This document shows positions 31,773-42,224 of a stretch of DNA of 64,000 nucleotides, piece by piece. The stretch comes from an uncultured Methanomicrobiales archaeon (lineage in GTDB: Archaea > Halobacteriota > Methanomicrobia > Methanomicrobiales > Methanospirillaceae), in contig OY969100.1 in the NCBI GenBank assembly GCA_963697895.1, positions 1,856,001 to 1,920,000 on the forward strand, read 5' to 3'. Numbering within the stretch: the first letter of the stretch is position 1; each line of letters starts with the position of its first letter. The notes beneath the pieces are model-generated. The model was not told the origin of the DNA and searched no databases. It saw nothing but the letters and a program-made list of their open reading frames with translations. The translations under genes and the position numbers were made by a program.

Positions 31773-32423
31773 GTGCCGGATGATTCCCGAAGAGAAGAGC
31801 GCCTCCTGATGGTGGAGACACAGATAGAAGCCCGGGGCATCCATGATCCCCGGGTACTGGAGGCGATGCGGGAGACTCCCCGCCATGTATTTATTCCCGG
31901 GGATCTTTCCGGAGCCGCGTACCATGACCGCCCGCTCCCGATCGGGAAGGGACAGACGATATCACAACCCTACATCGTCGCGCTCATGACTGAACTCCTG
32001 GGGGTGCAGCCGGATGACCGGGTGCTGGAGATCGGCACCGGAAGCGGATACCAGGCAGCCATACTTGCCCGTCTCGCGCACGAGGTCGTCTCCCTGGAAC
32101 GGATTCCCGAGGTGGCGGAACAGGCGAGAAAGAACCTATCGGCACTCGGTATCACCCAAGTAGCGGTGATCGTGGGGGACGGTACCGAAGGATATCCTTC
32201 CCGGGCTCCCTACGATGCGATCATCATCACCGCATCGACCCCGGAGATCCCGGCACCGCTCATCGATCAGCTGGCAGACGGTGGCCGGCTGATAGCGCCG
32301 GTCGGGGGGAGGGATCTGCAGGAGCTGGTCAAACTGGTTCGCCACGGGGACCGGATCGAGCGGCTCTCCTACGGGGGCGTGGTATTTGTGCCCCTCATCG
32401 GACGTCATGGCTGGCAGGAATAA
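31773..32423 (+). CDS. pcm: Protein-L-isoaspartate O-methyltransferase
   Basis: GQTISQPY, VLEIGTGSGYQAA, FVPLIG; GTG start after GGAGG chosen (alternative 31737). Confidence 0.92.
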   Translation: MPDDSRREERLLMVETQIEARGIHDPRVLEAMRETPRHVFIPGDLSGAAYHDRPLPIGKGQTISQPYIVALMTELLGVQPDDRVLEIGTGSGYQAAILARLAHEVVSLERIPEVAEQARKNLSALGITQVAVIVGDGTEGYPSRAPYDAIIITASTPEIPAPLIDQLADGGRLIAPVGGRDLQELVKLVRHGDRIERLSYGGVVFVPLIGRHGWQE

Positions 32424-32537
32424 AACCGGAGTTCTTTTTCTGACCGGATCCCGGGGCAGGCACGCCCTGTAATACAGTCTTATCTGCCAGAAAAACAATC
32501 ATCGTATTATGCCGGAACAGGGGATTTGGGCATACCC

Positions 32538-33173
32538 ATGAGAATATATGACGTGACGAGGCCATTGAGCCCCGGGACCCTCGTGTACCCGGGAGATGTG
32601 ACACCTGTCTTCACCCGGAGAGACCACGGATCCTATCTCACCACAGAATTGTTCCTGTCCAGCCACAGCGGCACCCACATCGATGCGCCCGGCCATTTCC
32701 TGAAGAAAGGTATGACCGTGGACCGGATCCCTCTCGGGAAGCTGACCGGACCCTGCCGGGTGCTGGATTTTACGGGGATAACCGGGGAGATCGGGCCCGA
32801 AATGCTGGAGGGCAGGATAGACGGTGCCAGAAAGATCCTCCTGAAGACCTCGTTCTCCGGAATGGATCGGTTCGTGCCGGAATTTACGGCGCTATCGCCG
32901 GGGGCCGTCCCTCTCCTGGCAGAGGCGGGAATTCACTGCGTGGGGATCGATTCCCCCTCGATCGAATCTTTTACCGGTGACGGGCGGGTGCATCGCAGCC
33001 TTATGGGAGAGGGGATCGTGATCATCGAGATGCTCGACCTCTCCCGGGTTGTCCCCGGAAATTACCTGATGGTTGCCCTGCCGCTCCTTCTCCGGGGGGT
33101 GGACGCATCACCGGCCCGCGTGATCCTCTGTGATGCGGATAATTTCAGGAGTATGCATGGACCTGATCGTTGA
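32538..33173 (+). CDS. Cyclase family / kynurenine formamidase-like hydrolase
   Basis: HSGTHIDAPGH, VGIDSPSIE, DASPAR. Confidence 0.85.
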   Translation: MRIYDVTRPLSPGTLVYPGDVTPVFTRRDHGSYLTTELFLSSHSGTHIDAPGHFLKKGMTVDRIPLGKLTGPCRVLDFTGITGEIGPEMLEGRIDGARKILLKTSFSGMDRFVPEFTALSPGAVPLLAEAGIHCVGIDSPSIESFTGDGRVHRSLMGEGIVIIEMLDLSRVVPGNYLMVALPLLLRGVDASPARVILCDADNFRSMHGPDR

Positions 33174-33789
33174 AGCGGTGAACCGGCTCGAGGAACAGCT
33201 GCGGGAAAGCGGATGCGAGGACGGGGTCGTCCGGATCGACCTCGACCCCGATGTAGTGCTCTGCCAGTATGAGAAGGGGGGAGATATGGTTGCCTCGTTT
33301 GGGGGGCGATCTGCAGAATTCGTCACGTACGATCCGGTCCGTGCAACAACCCGGATCTCGTTCCTCTATGGAGCACGCCTCGAAAAGACAGCCCAGAGAG
33401 CGGCCGCGGGTGCCATCATCAACGTGGTGACCGGATTTCTCTGTATCTCGAGAAAACTGCGAGCCTGTTCTCCGGAACGACATGCGGCATGCCGGAGCGA
33501 ACTGGCAGGATACTGTCGCGGAAAGCGGGTCGGTACCATCGGCCGGGTGTACGGGCTGGAGATGATACCCGGGATAGAACGGACAGAAGATCCGGGAAGT
33601 GCCGACCTGATCCTGGTTACCGGGGAAGGGTTGATCTCGCCGGAAGGGGGACGTTTATTGGTTTCGTATGGGGAAGAGAAGCCGATGCTGTTTCTTTCGC
33701 CGTCCACGGCCGGGGTCGCGAACCTGCTCGGCTGCGATCACTGGTGCCCGTACGGCGGGATGAACAAGACAGTTTCTGCGGAGAGATGA
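33157..33789 (+). CDS. Hypothetical protein
   Basis: Fills the operon between cyclase and glmM with overlapping stop/start; family not recognised. Confidence 0.6.
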   Translation: MDLIVEAVNRLEEQLRESGCEDGVVRIDLDPDVVLCQYEKGGDMVASFGGRSAEFVTYDPVRATTRISFLYGARLEKTAQRAAAGAIINVVTGFLCISRKLRACSPERHAACRSELAGYCRGKRVGTIGRVYGLEMIPGIERTEDPGSADLILVTGEGLISPEGGRLLVSYGEEKPMLFLSPSTAGVANLLGCDHWCPYGGMNKTVSAER

Positions 33790-35057
33790 TGGCCGGACTG
33801 TTCGGGTCGTCCGGGGTGAGACGTCCGTTCGATCGGGCTCTCGTGGATCTTGCCCTTCAGATCGGCTCCGCCGTCGGCAGCCGGGCTGAACAGGTACTGG
33901 TCGGCATTGACACCCGGACGACGAGTCCGCTCATCGCGGATGCGTTCACCAGCGGAGTCCTCGGATCCGGGGGGATGGTCGGATATGCCGGAATGGTACC
34001 GACACCGGTGATTGCTTACAACACACGGACGGTGGATGCCGGGTGCATAATCACCGCATCGCATAATCCGGAACCGGATAACGGGTTGAAGTTGTTCAAC
34101 CGGGATGGTTCTTCCTTCACGCGGGAACAACAGAATGACCTTGGGGAGAGATTCCAGAAGGTGGCATGGAAGGGCTGGGAGAATCAGGGCTCAATCCGGC
34201 GATTCGATGCGGTCAGCGGGTACAAAGATGCGATTCTCGAACGGTTTTCCAGTGGCGGCGGGTTCCCCGTCGTGATCGATGCGGGGAACGGCGCAGGCAG
34301 CCTCCTGACACCGGGGCTCCTTGCGGATATGGGAGTGACTCCGGTCAGTATCAACTGCACACCAATGGGACACTTCTCGCGCCCTTCAGAACCCCTCGAG
34401 AAGAACCTCACCTATATCAGAGGTCTGATCAAGAAAACCGGTGCGAGGGGGGCGGTAGTCCATGACGGGGATGCCGATCGGATGATGTCATTTGACCGCC
34501 TCGGGAGATACATTTCAGGAGACCGTCTCCTGATGCTCTTCGCCCGGTATCTCGGGGCGCAGAAAGTGGTGACCACCGTGGATACGACGATGGCGATCGA
34601 GGAACTCGCCGAAGTGAGAAGAACGCCGGTCGGGGATAGTTATGTATCCGAAGCGCTGCTTGAATGGGGGGATTTCGGGGGAGAACCATCAGGGGCATGG
34701 ATCTTCCCCAACCATTCATTATGCCCGGACGGACCCTATGCGGCTGCGCTCTTCTGCGAAATCGCCAAAGAATGGGATATCCCTGCAGAACTGGATGCGA
34801 TGCCCAATTATCCGGTGATACGGGAATCGCTTTCGATGGAACAGCCCGGGAAGATCCTGTCTGCGCTCGGGGCCGCGAAACCGACCGACGGGATCCGGAT
34901 CACCGCCGACGACGGATGGTGCCTGGTTCGGGCAAGTGGGACGGAGCAAAAGATACGCATCACCGCCGAGGGCACTACGATGAAAAAGGCGAAGGAACTG
35001 TTCGAAACCGGGGAAGACCTTATCAGGAAGGGAAAATTGCTTATAGGCAGGGATTAA
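33786..35057 (+). CDS. glmM: Phosphoglucosamine mutase
   Basis: LFGSSGVR, TASHNP, HDGDADR, VRASGTE. Confidence 0.9.
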   Translation: MMAGLFGSSGVRRPFDRALVDLALQIGSAVGSRAEQVLVGIDTRTTSPLIADAFTSGVLGSGGMVGYAGMVPTPVIAYNTRTVDAGCIITASHNPEPDNGLKLFNRDGSSFTREQQNDLGERFQKVAWKGWENQGSIRRFDAVSGYKDAILERFSSGGGFPVVIDAGNGAGSLLTPGLLADMGVTPVSINCTPMGHFSRPSEPLEKNLTYIRGLIKKTGARGAVVHDGDADRMMSFDRLGRYISGDRLLMLFARYLGAQKVVTTVDTTMAIEELAEVRRTPVGDSYVSEALLEWGDFGGEPSGAWIFPNHSLCPDGPYAAALFCEIAKEWDIPAELDAMPNYPVIRESLSMEQPGKILSALGAAKPTDGIRITADDGWCLVRASGTEQKIRITAEGTTMKKAKELFETGEDLIRKGKLLIGRD

Positions 35058-35066
35058 GGGTATCTT

Positions 35067-36266
35067 ATGCAGGGTGTGCTCCTCGCGGCGGGGGAAGGAA
35101 AACGGATGAGGCCGTTGACCAGAAACCGGCCCAAGGTGATGCTTCCCGTGGCAAACCGCCCGATGATCGAGCATCTGGTGATCGCGGCCCGGGATGCGGG
35201 AATCCGCGAGATGATATTCGTGGTGGGATATGGAGAGCGGGAGATCCGTCAACATTTTGCCGACGGATCACGGTGGGATGTGAACATTCAATATACGGTG
35301 CAGCGGAACCAGCGCGGCACTGCAGATGCGCTGAATGCAGCCCGGACCCATATACAGGAGAAATTTCTGGTCATGAACGGGGACATGGTCATCGAATCCC
35401 GTGATATCGCCGCGTTATGCAAGTGTGAAGCTCCGTGCATGGGTATTTTCCCCAGCAATCATCCTGAGGATTACGGGGTGGTGGAGGTCGAGGGAGAGAC
35501 AGTGATATCCCTTGAGGAGAAGAAAGACCGGCCGAAGAGCACACTGGTGAATGCAGGAATATATCTCTTTGATCCGGATATCTTTCCGCTGATTGACACG
35601 GTCGTTCCATCGGCACGGGGAGAGCTCGAACTGACCGATGCACTCCGGTTCATGATCCGGGAGAAGCGGCTCTTTGCATACCACCTCGCCTCATGGCTGG
35701 ACATCGGCTCTCCCTGGGACCTGCTGGATGCAAACAAGACGCTTCTTGAGACCATCCCGGTACAGAACGAAGGGGTTGTCGAAGAGGGGGTGGTCATGCA
35801 GGGGATGGTTACAATAGGAGCGGGTACGGTCGTCAAGGCAGGCAGTTACATCGAAGGGCCCTGCATCATCGGAAAAGACTGCCGGATCGGACCACATGCA
35901 TACATACGCGGGGCCACCGCTATCGGCGACCGGTGCCATATCGGTCACAGCACGGAACTGAAGAACTCTATCGTCATGGAAGATACCCGGGTCCCCCATT
36001 TCAACTATATCGGGGACAGTGTGATTGGCAGCAGGTGCAATTTCGGAGCCGGAACCAAGATTGCAAACCTCCGGCACGATCACGGTCCTGTGAATGTAGG
36101 TAGGCGGAGCACGGGAAGAGCGAAGTTCGGGGCGATCGTGGGTGATGATGTGCAGTTCGGGATAAACTGTTCGGTCAACGTGGGGTCCATGATTGGTAAT
36201 AATACCAAAATTTCCCCCCATTCATTGATCGAAGGCGTTATCGAAGACAATTCGCAGATCAGGTAG
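35067..36266 (+). CDS. glmU: Bifunctional sugar-1-P nucleotidyltransferase/acetyltransferase (archaeal GlmU)
   Basis: LAAGEGKRMRPLT..PK; hexapeptide repeats; HFNYIGDS, NFGAGTKIANLR. Confidence 0.88.
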   Translation: MQGVLLAAGEGKRMRPLTRNRPKVMLPVANRPMIEHLVIAARDAGIREMIFVVGYGEREIRQHFADGSRWDVNIQYTVQRNQRGTADALNAARTHIQEKFLVMNGDMVIESRDIAALCKCEAPCMGIFPSNHPEDYGVVEVEGETVISLEEKKDRPKSTLVNAGIYLFDPDIFPLIDTVVPSARGELELTDALRFMIREKRLFAYHLASWLDIGSPWDLLDANKTLLETIPVQNEGVVEEGVVMQGMVTIGAGTVVKAGSYIEGPCIIGKDCRIGPHAYIRGATAIGDRCHIGHSTELKNSIVMEDTRVPHFNYIGDSVIGSRCNFGAGTKIANLRHDHGPVNVGRRSTGRAKFGAIVGDDVQFGINCSVNVGSMIGNNTKISPHSLIEGVIEDNSQIR

Positions 36267-36274
36267 GAAAAAGC

Positions 36275-37435
36275 ATGCAGGCAGTTATTCTTGCGGCAGG
36301 GGAAGGAAAGCGGGTCCGCCCGCTCACGAGGAGCAGACCGAAAGCGATGATCCCCGTGGCGAACCGGCCCATCCTGGAATACCCGATCGATGCCCTTCTG
36401 AAGAACGGTATCCGCGATATCTGCGTGGTGGTGGGGTACCGGAAGGAACAGGTTCTCCGGTACCTGAATTCCCGCGAAGAATCCTTCGACGTAGTAGTGC
36501 AGGAGAAACAGATCGGTACGGGAAATGCGTTGAAATGCGCAGAACCGTTTATTCATGGTGATTTTCTCGTCCTCCCCGGTGACAGTTATATCGATCCGGT
36601 CTCCATCGGGAGGATGAAGGCCGAACAGAATGCGATGCTGATCGGGAAACATCCTCATCCCTCCGAATTCGGTGTTGTCACGACCAGGGGCGGATTTATC
36701 GAAGATTTCGTGGAAAAGCCGAATGAAGCCCCCAGTTTTATCGTCAATACCGGGGTTTACGCATTTACCAAACAGATATTTGATCTCCAGGAATCGCATC
36801 GCATCACGGATACCATATCCTCCATGCTTTCGGGAGGGGAAAAGATCCGGGCAGTCTGTGCAGAGAAATGGATCGATGCCCTGTACCCGTGGCATCTCCT
36901 CGCCATGAATAAAAGCCTTATCCACGGGGTGACCCCAAAGAAATCCGGGATAATCAGTAGTAGCAGCGACATTCACGGAGATGTCCTCATCGGCAAGGGA
37001 TCACTAATCGGACCCCATACCGTTATTACCGGCCCCGTCGTCATCGGTGAAGACTGCACCATCGGGTCTCATGTGTGTGTCCAGCCGTACATGAGCATCG
37101 GCTCCCGCGTCACCATCGAACCGTTCACCAGTATCGGCAATTCCATTATCATGGATGATACGGTTATCGGATCCCATTCCCGGGTTTCTGACGCGGTCAT
37201 TGGCGAAGGATGCCGCTTGCAGAACAATACGACCACCGTCTCCTGCCGGAATATCATAGAGATTGAAGACAGGATCCTCAGGACGACACCGTTCGGTGCC
37301 GTTATGGGGGATAGTGTGCGTTCCGGGCCGTATTCTATCCTGGAGGGGTGTATTATCGGCAACAGGGTGACGATCGGCCCCCGGAGCCGGATACTCTCAA
37401 CGATGGCGTTTCACGACGATGTACAGGTGATCTGA
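36275..37435 (+). CDS. Second GlmU-like nucleotidyltransferase paralogue
   Basis: LAAGEGKRVRPLT..PK plus hexapeptide domain; lacks the HFNYIGDS motif. Confidence 0.8.
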   Translation: MQAVILAAGEGKRVRPLTRSRPKAMIPVANRPILEYPIDALLKNGIRDICVVVGYRKEQVLRYLNSREESFDVVVQEKQIGTGNALKCAEPFIHGDFLVLPGDSYIDPVSIGRMKAEQNAMLIGKHPHPSEFGVVTTRGGFIEDFVEKPNEAPSFIVNTGVYAFTKQIFDLQESHRITDTISSMLSGGEKIRAVCAEKWIDALYPWHLLAMNKSLIHGVTPKKSGIISSSSDIHGDVLIGKGSLIGPHTVITGPVVIGEDCTIGSHVCVQPYMSIGSRVTIEPFTSIGNSIIMDDTVIGSHSRVSDAVIGEGCRLQNNTTTVSCRNIIEIEDRILRTTPFGAVMGDSVRSGPYSILEGCIIGNRVTIGPRSRILSTMAFHDDVQVI

Positions 37436-37436
37436 C

Positions 37437-39176
37437 GTGTGCGGGATCGTCGGGTACATCGGTACCCGGCAGGCTGCCCCGGTTATCATCGACGGGCTGA
37501 CGAAACTCGAATACCGGGGGTATGATTCGTTCGGTATCGCGACCCTGAACGGAAAGATCCGTTTCGTAAAACGGCAGGGCAGGATCACCGAAGAATGTTC
37601 GATGGCTGCCGAAATGACGGGTCGTATCGGGATTGGGCATACCCGCTGGGCAACCCATGGGGTTCCGAACGAAATCAATGCGCACCCACATCTCGACTGC
37701 CGGGACATGATCGCGATCGTCCACAACGGAATCGTTGAGAATTATGCAGAACTGAAACGGGAACTCGTGGCCCGGGGGCACCAGTTCCGCTCGGATACCG
37801 ATACCGAGGTGGTGGTCCACCTGATAGAAGAAAAATATCAGGAGGGCCTGTTCTTAGCGGTGAAATATGCGGTATCCCGTCTCAGCGGTTCATATGCACT
37901 GCTCGTCATCGCACAGGACGAAGATCGGATCATCGCAGCCCGGCAGCAAAGCCCCCTTGTCATCGGCATAGGGGATGGAGAGTTCATCGCGGCCTCAGAT
38001 ATCACCCCCATCCTTGCATATACCGAACGGGCGATCTTTCTCGAAGATGAGGATATCGCGTGTATATCGCCGCGGAGGCTTGAGATTTATCACGCGGGGG
38101 AGACGGTCGAGCGGAAGGTCGAGCTGATAGACTGGTCGGTCGAGGACGTGAAAAAAGGCGGATTCCGCCATTTCATGCTGAAGGAGATCTTCGAGGAACC
38201 GCTGGTATTCTCCAATACGATCCGTTCACTCAGGCAACAGCCGCTTCCGGAGGTTCTCGAGCACCCGGAACAGATCACGGTGGTCGCATGCGGGACGTCC
38301 TACCATGCCGGCCTTCTCTTCAAGTATCTCCTCGAGGAGTCGTGCCGGATCCCTGTCCGGCTTGAATATGCGTCTGAATTCAAATACTTCCCTCCGCCGC
38401 CAGGGGGGCTTGTCGTCGGCATAACGCAGTCGGGTGAGACCGCCGATACGATCGCTGCATTAAAGGAGGCAAAGGCACATGGCAGCTTTACCTGTGCGAT
38501 AACCAATGTGCTCGGGAGCACGGTGACCCGGCTCGCCGATCATACGCTGTATATGCATGCAGGACCGGAGATCAGCGTTGCAGCGACCAAATCCTATATC
38601 GCCCAGCTGGCTGTCCTCATGCAGCTGGGGAGCTCCATCTGCGGGGGTACGTCCGACGAAATTCTCAACGCCGGCAAACATGCGATCGAGGAAGTCCTCC
38701 TCCTCGACCTGGATAAAGCAGTCAAAGCTTGCGTTCCTGCCCGGGATATGTTCTACGTCGGAAGGGGTCCGTTCTATCCCGTCGTACTGGAAGGGGCGCT
38801 CAAGATGAAGGAGATCTCGTATATCCATGCTGAAGGCTATGCGGCCGGGGAGATCAAACACGGCCCGTTCGCCCTTCTCTCCACGGAAACCCCCATCGTT
38901 GCCATCTGCACCCCCGGCCGGACATACGGGGTGATGCTCTCCAATATCAAGGAGATGATGGCCCGGGGCACCCCTATCATTGCACTCGGCCGGCATGGAG
39001 ACCCGGAGCTGGAGGAGATGGTTGATGTGTTCCTTCCTCTTCCCCCGGCTGAGCCGGTCATCGATATTCTCACGAGTGCGGTCGTCCTCCAGCTGCTTGC
39101 CTATCATACGGCGGACGCCCTCGGGAGAGATATCGACCGGCCGCGGAACCTGGCGAAGAGCGTGACGGTGGAGTGA
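37437..39176 (+). CDS. glmS: Glutamine-fructose-6-phosphate transaminase
   Basis: MCGIVG, GHTRWATHG, PRNLAKSVTVE. Confidence 0.96.
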   Translation: MCGIVGYIGTRQAAPVIIDGLTKLEYRGYDSFGIATLNGKIRFVKRQGRITEECSMAAEMTGRIGIGHTRWATHGVPNEINAHPHLDCRDMIAIVHNGIVENYAELKRELVARGHQFRSDTDTEVVVHLIEEKYQEGLFLAVKYAVSRLSGSYALLVIAQDEDRIIAARQQSPLVIGIGDGEFIAASDITPILAYTERAIFLEDEDIACISPRRLEIYHAGETVERKVELIDWSVEDVKKGGFRHFMLKEIFEEPLVFSNTIRSLRQQPLPEVLEHPEQITVVACGTSYHAGLLFKYLLEESCRIPVRLEYASEFKYFPPPPGGLVVGITQSGETADTIAALKEAKAHGSFTCAITNVLGSTVTRLADHTLYMHAGPEISVAATKSYIAQLAVLMQLGSSICGGTSDEILNAGKHAIEEVLLLDLDKAVKACVPARDMFYVGRGPFYPVVLEGALKMKEISYIHAEGYAAGEIKHGPFALLSTETPIVAICTPGRTYGVMLSNIKEMMARGTPIIALGRHGDPELEEMVDVFLPLPPAEPVIDILTSAVVLQLLAYHTADALGRDIDRPRNLAKSVTVE

Positions 39177-39251
39177 ATATGAAGGCCGATTATGGTGTTT
39201 TTCCGGATCAGAACTGAACGCCACCTCAGAAAGGAAATCAGAGTGCATTAG

Positions 39252-40097
39252 ATGAATATCTCCGTGATCATCAGCAGTTACCGGGGAAATGAAGCGCTGG
39301 CCCGGAATTGTGTTGCCTCCCTCGAGATCCAGACCCACCTTCCTTATGAGGTGCTCCTCGTCGTAGACACACCTGATGAACGGAATACATTTTCACGGAT
39401 ATTTACCGGAAATAGAAAGATTCTGCTGAAAGCCATCTCATCCGGGAAGAAAGGGCTTGCTACGGCGAGAAATTATGGGGTTGAGGCAAGTTCGGGCGAG
39501 ATCGTCGCGTTCATCGATGACGATGCGACCGCAGGCCCCCAATGGCTTTCTGAGATTGAAAAGAGTTTTTTAGCGAATCCAGGTGCCGCAGTGGTCGGCG
39601 GTCCGGTAAAACCAGTTTTTGAAGGAAAACCTATTAATGAAAAATGGAATTGGATCATCGGGTGCACAAGCCGACGACCATTAACTGAACGTCCGATTGG
39701 ATGCAATATGGCCGTCTCCCGGAGTGTATTTGAGACAATAGATGGATTTGACGAAACGCTCGGAAGGGTAAAAAAGCAGCTGGCTATCGGTGAGGAAACT
39801 GATCTCTTCCTCCGGATACAGGAAAAAATGCCCGGTTCTCAAATCATCTGCAACCCATCTTCTGTGGTCTTCCATAAGGTGCCCGAGCGACGGACGACCC
39901 TTCGATACATGATGAGGAGGGCATACCAGGAAGGGATGGGAAAAGCAATGATGGGAAAGAAGCATTCATTGAGCACGGAAAAGACATTTTTACGGTATTA
40001 TATGACTCATCCGGATTGGTATACGGTGCCAGTGCTTGGTGCGACGGGCTTTGGGTTTTTAAGGAGTAAACTTGCTTTTATAAGATGGAATTATTAA
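39252..40097 (+). CDS. Glycosyltransferase family 2 (AglG-like)
   Basis: GLATARN.G, FIDDD, GCNMA, GEETD. Confidence 0.85.
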   Translation: MNISVIISSYRGNEALARNCVASLEIQTHLPYEVLLVVDTPDERNTFSRIFTGNRKILLKAISSGKKGLATARNYGVEASSGEIVAFIDDDATAGPQWLSEIEKSFLANPGAAVVGGPVKPVFEGKPINEKWNWIIGCTSRRPLTERPIGCNMAVSRSVFETIDGFDETLGRVKKQLAIGEETDLFLRIQEKMPGSQIICNPSSVVFHKVPERRTTLRYMMRRAYQEGMGKAMMGKKHSLSTEKTFLRYYMTHPDWYTVPVLGATGFGFLRSKLAFIRWNY

Positions 40098-40115
40098 TAA
40101 CATAATGAATTAGGC

Positions 40116-41192
40116 ATGAGAATAATCCAGGTCTGCCATCGATATCATCCACATGTTGGGGGTATTGAAACCCATGTAAAAGAGATTAGCGAGAGGCTCG
40201 CAAAATATAATCTAGTGGAAGTTGTTTGTGCTGATCTAAACAAGGATTTGCCAAAAAAAGAAAAGATCAATGGGGTGCAGGTGACCAGATTTCGATCTTT
40301 TCATCCATACGATGCGTATTATTTCTCCCCCCAAATGGGGATGTACCTGCAAGAGGCGGAATCAGATTTAATCCACGCTCACAACTACCACGCATTTCCA
40401 GCTTTTTTTGCATCGAAGGTCAATGGGCCGAAGTTTGTGTTCACTCCTCACTTTCATGGGATCGGAAGCACCTTCTGGAGAAATCTTCTCCACAAACCTT
40501 ACAGGATTTTCGGCGCAGGGATCGTTCAGAGGGCAGATTGGGTCATCTGCGTTTCGGAATATGAGAAAGGCCAGATAACCGGTTATTTTCCCTCCCTTGA
40601 TAAAGGGAAAATATCAGTAATCCCGAACGGCATCGATCTCAATAAGATACGTCAAGCCAGGCCATTTTCTCGTAGTCGACCACTCATCTTGTATATCGGA
40701 AGAATGGACCGGTACAAAAATGTGCATTTGGTAGTCGAGGCGATGGGGTATCTTCCTGACATTGATTTTTATATCGTTGGAAGAAATGGTGATTATCGGA
40801 AAGAAATCGAGTCGAAAATATCCCGTTTACATCTCGAAGATCGGGTTAGGATTCTGGATATGATATCGAATGAAGAAAAATACCGATGGTTGAAATCATG
40901 TTCTCTTCTTATTAACTTATCATCAATCGAAGCTTTCGGGATAACTGTTCTCGAGGCACTAGCTGCGGGAAAGCCTGTAATAATTAACAATGTGGGGGGG
41001 TTGAAAGAGCTTGCGGAGAACTTCAAAGCCGTATATCCTATAATGGTTAAACCTAATGGAGGAAGTGGATTGATCATGGATTTGGTTAGCGCGATTAAGG
41101 AAAATATGGATAGGGCGGTGAAGGATGATTTGTGTGACTTCGATTGGGAGATTGTAGTCCAAAGGATTGCTAATGCATACGAAAAAGCATAG
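40116..41192 (+). CDS. Glycosyltransferase family 4
   Basis: GGIETHV, IPNGID, EAFGITVLEA. Confidence 0.88.
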   Translation: MRIIQVCHRYHPHVGGIETHVKEISERLAKYNLVEVVCADLNKDLPKKEKINGVQVTRFRSFHPYDAYYFSPQMGMYLQEAESDLIHAHNYHAFPAFFASKVNGPKFVFTPHFHGIGSTFWRNLLHKPYRIFGAGIVQRADWVICVSEYEKGQITGYFPSLDKGKISVIPNGIDLNKIRQARPFSRSRPLILYIGRMDRYKNVHLVVEAMGYLPDIDFYIVGRNGDYRKEIESKISRLHLEDRVRILDMISNEEKYRWLKSCSLLINLSSIEAFGITVLEALAAGKPVIINNVGGLKELAENFKAVYPIMVKPNGGSGLIMDLVSAIKENMDRAVKDDLCDFDWEIVVQRIANAYEKA

Positions 41193-41313
41193 GCAGTCAT
41201 ATTGATTTATGGCAAACATGCCTTAAAATCTCCATCCTTAAAATATCTCTAAACCTAATCAATGCTTTCTGAGAGAATATCAGACTAATTTTAGAGAATG
41301 AATCTTTCTATTT

Positions 41314-41989
41314 TTACCCATAGGCATGGAAAACCATTTGTTTTCGTGTCTCCCACTCAATCTGAAATTCATAATTGTCTTTTAAATAGTTTATTAAACC
41401 GTACTTATCTTTTGTTTTATAATCATGTAATTCCCCTTCTATCCTTCGAACACCATCAAGCCATTGGGGATTAATGTACCACTCACCCCCTTCACAATCC
41501 AATTTTAAGAAATCACATCCCCCACACATTTCTTTTATAGATTCAAATGTAACCGTTCTCATAAATTTCCGAGTTTTATGCCATATTATTGTAGTCTCTC
41601 CGCCATCCCCGAGAGCGAATGGGAATATCGTAATTTTGGCTCCGTTATTTGTTATATTCTTCATAAGACTTTTAATTTCAATTGGTTCTATTGCATAAAC
41701 ATTGTTTGACATGCGTGAAGCTGAATAGAGAAAAAGCTCCAGCATTGGCTCCTATATCGATTACGATGTCTTCATTGTGCATTCCTGAAATGTCATAATC
41801 AAAAGCGTCAATAAAGTCCAATAAATTTTCGTCGTTTTCAACGATAATGTTTGATTGGAATACCTTCATTAATTTCTCTCTTTCGATACAAACAGAGTAA
41901 CTTTGGGATTGATTTATAAAACACATGAGATAATTTTTAAATGATGCAGGGAATTCATCAATTATTGGCTTCACTATTTGTCTTAGCAT
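41314..41989 (-). CDS. FkbM-family methyltransferase (frameshift near 41725)
   Basis: VIDIGANAGAFS then VYAIEP and LKLDCEGGE in the adjacent frame. Confidence 0.78.
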
Positions 41990-42224
41990 AAACAGATATT
42001 CCAGCTTATTTTATAATGGACTTCCTTTATGGTTTTTAAAATCAGTTTCTTACAAAAATTTGAATTTTCTTTATAAGGTCCATAAGGCTTAGTGATATCC
42101 ACGTAAAATTTCCAAAGGAAGAGTAAATATTGAAATAAAACAAAGTTCATCAAAAATAAATAAATGCCAGAGTTGAAGAAACAGAGATCCAATAAGAAAA
42201 AGAATAAAGAGAGGGAACATACGC

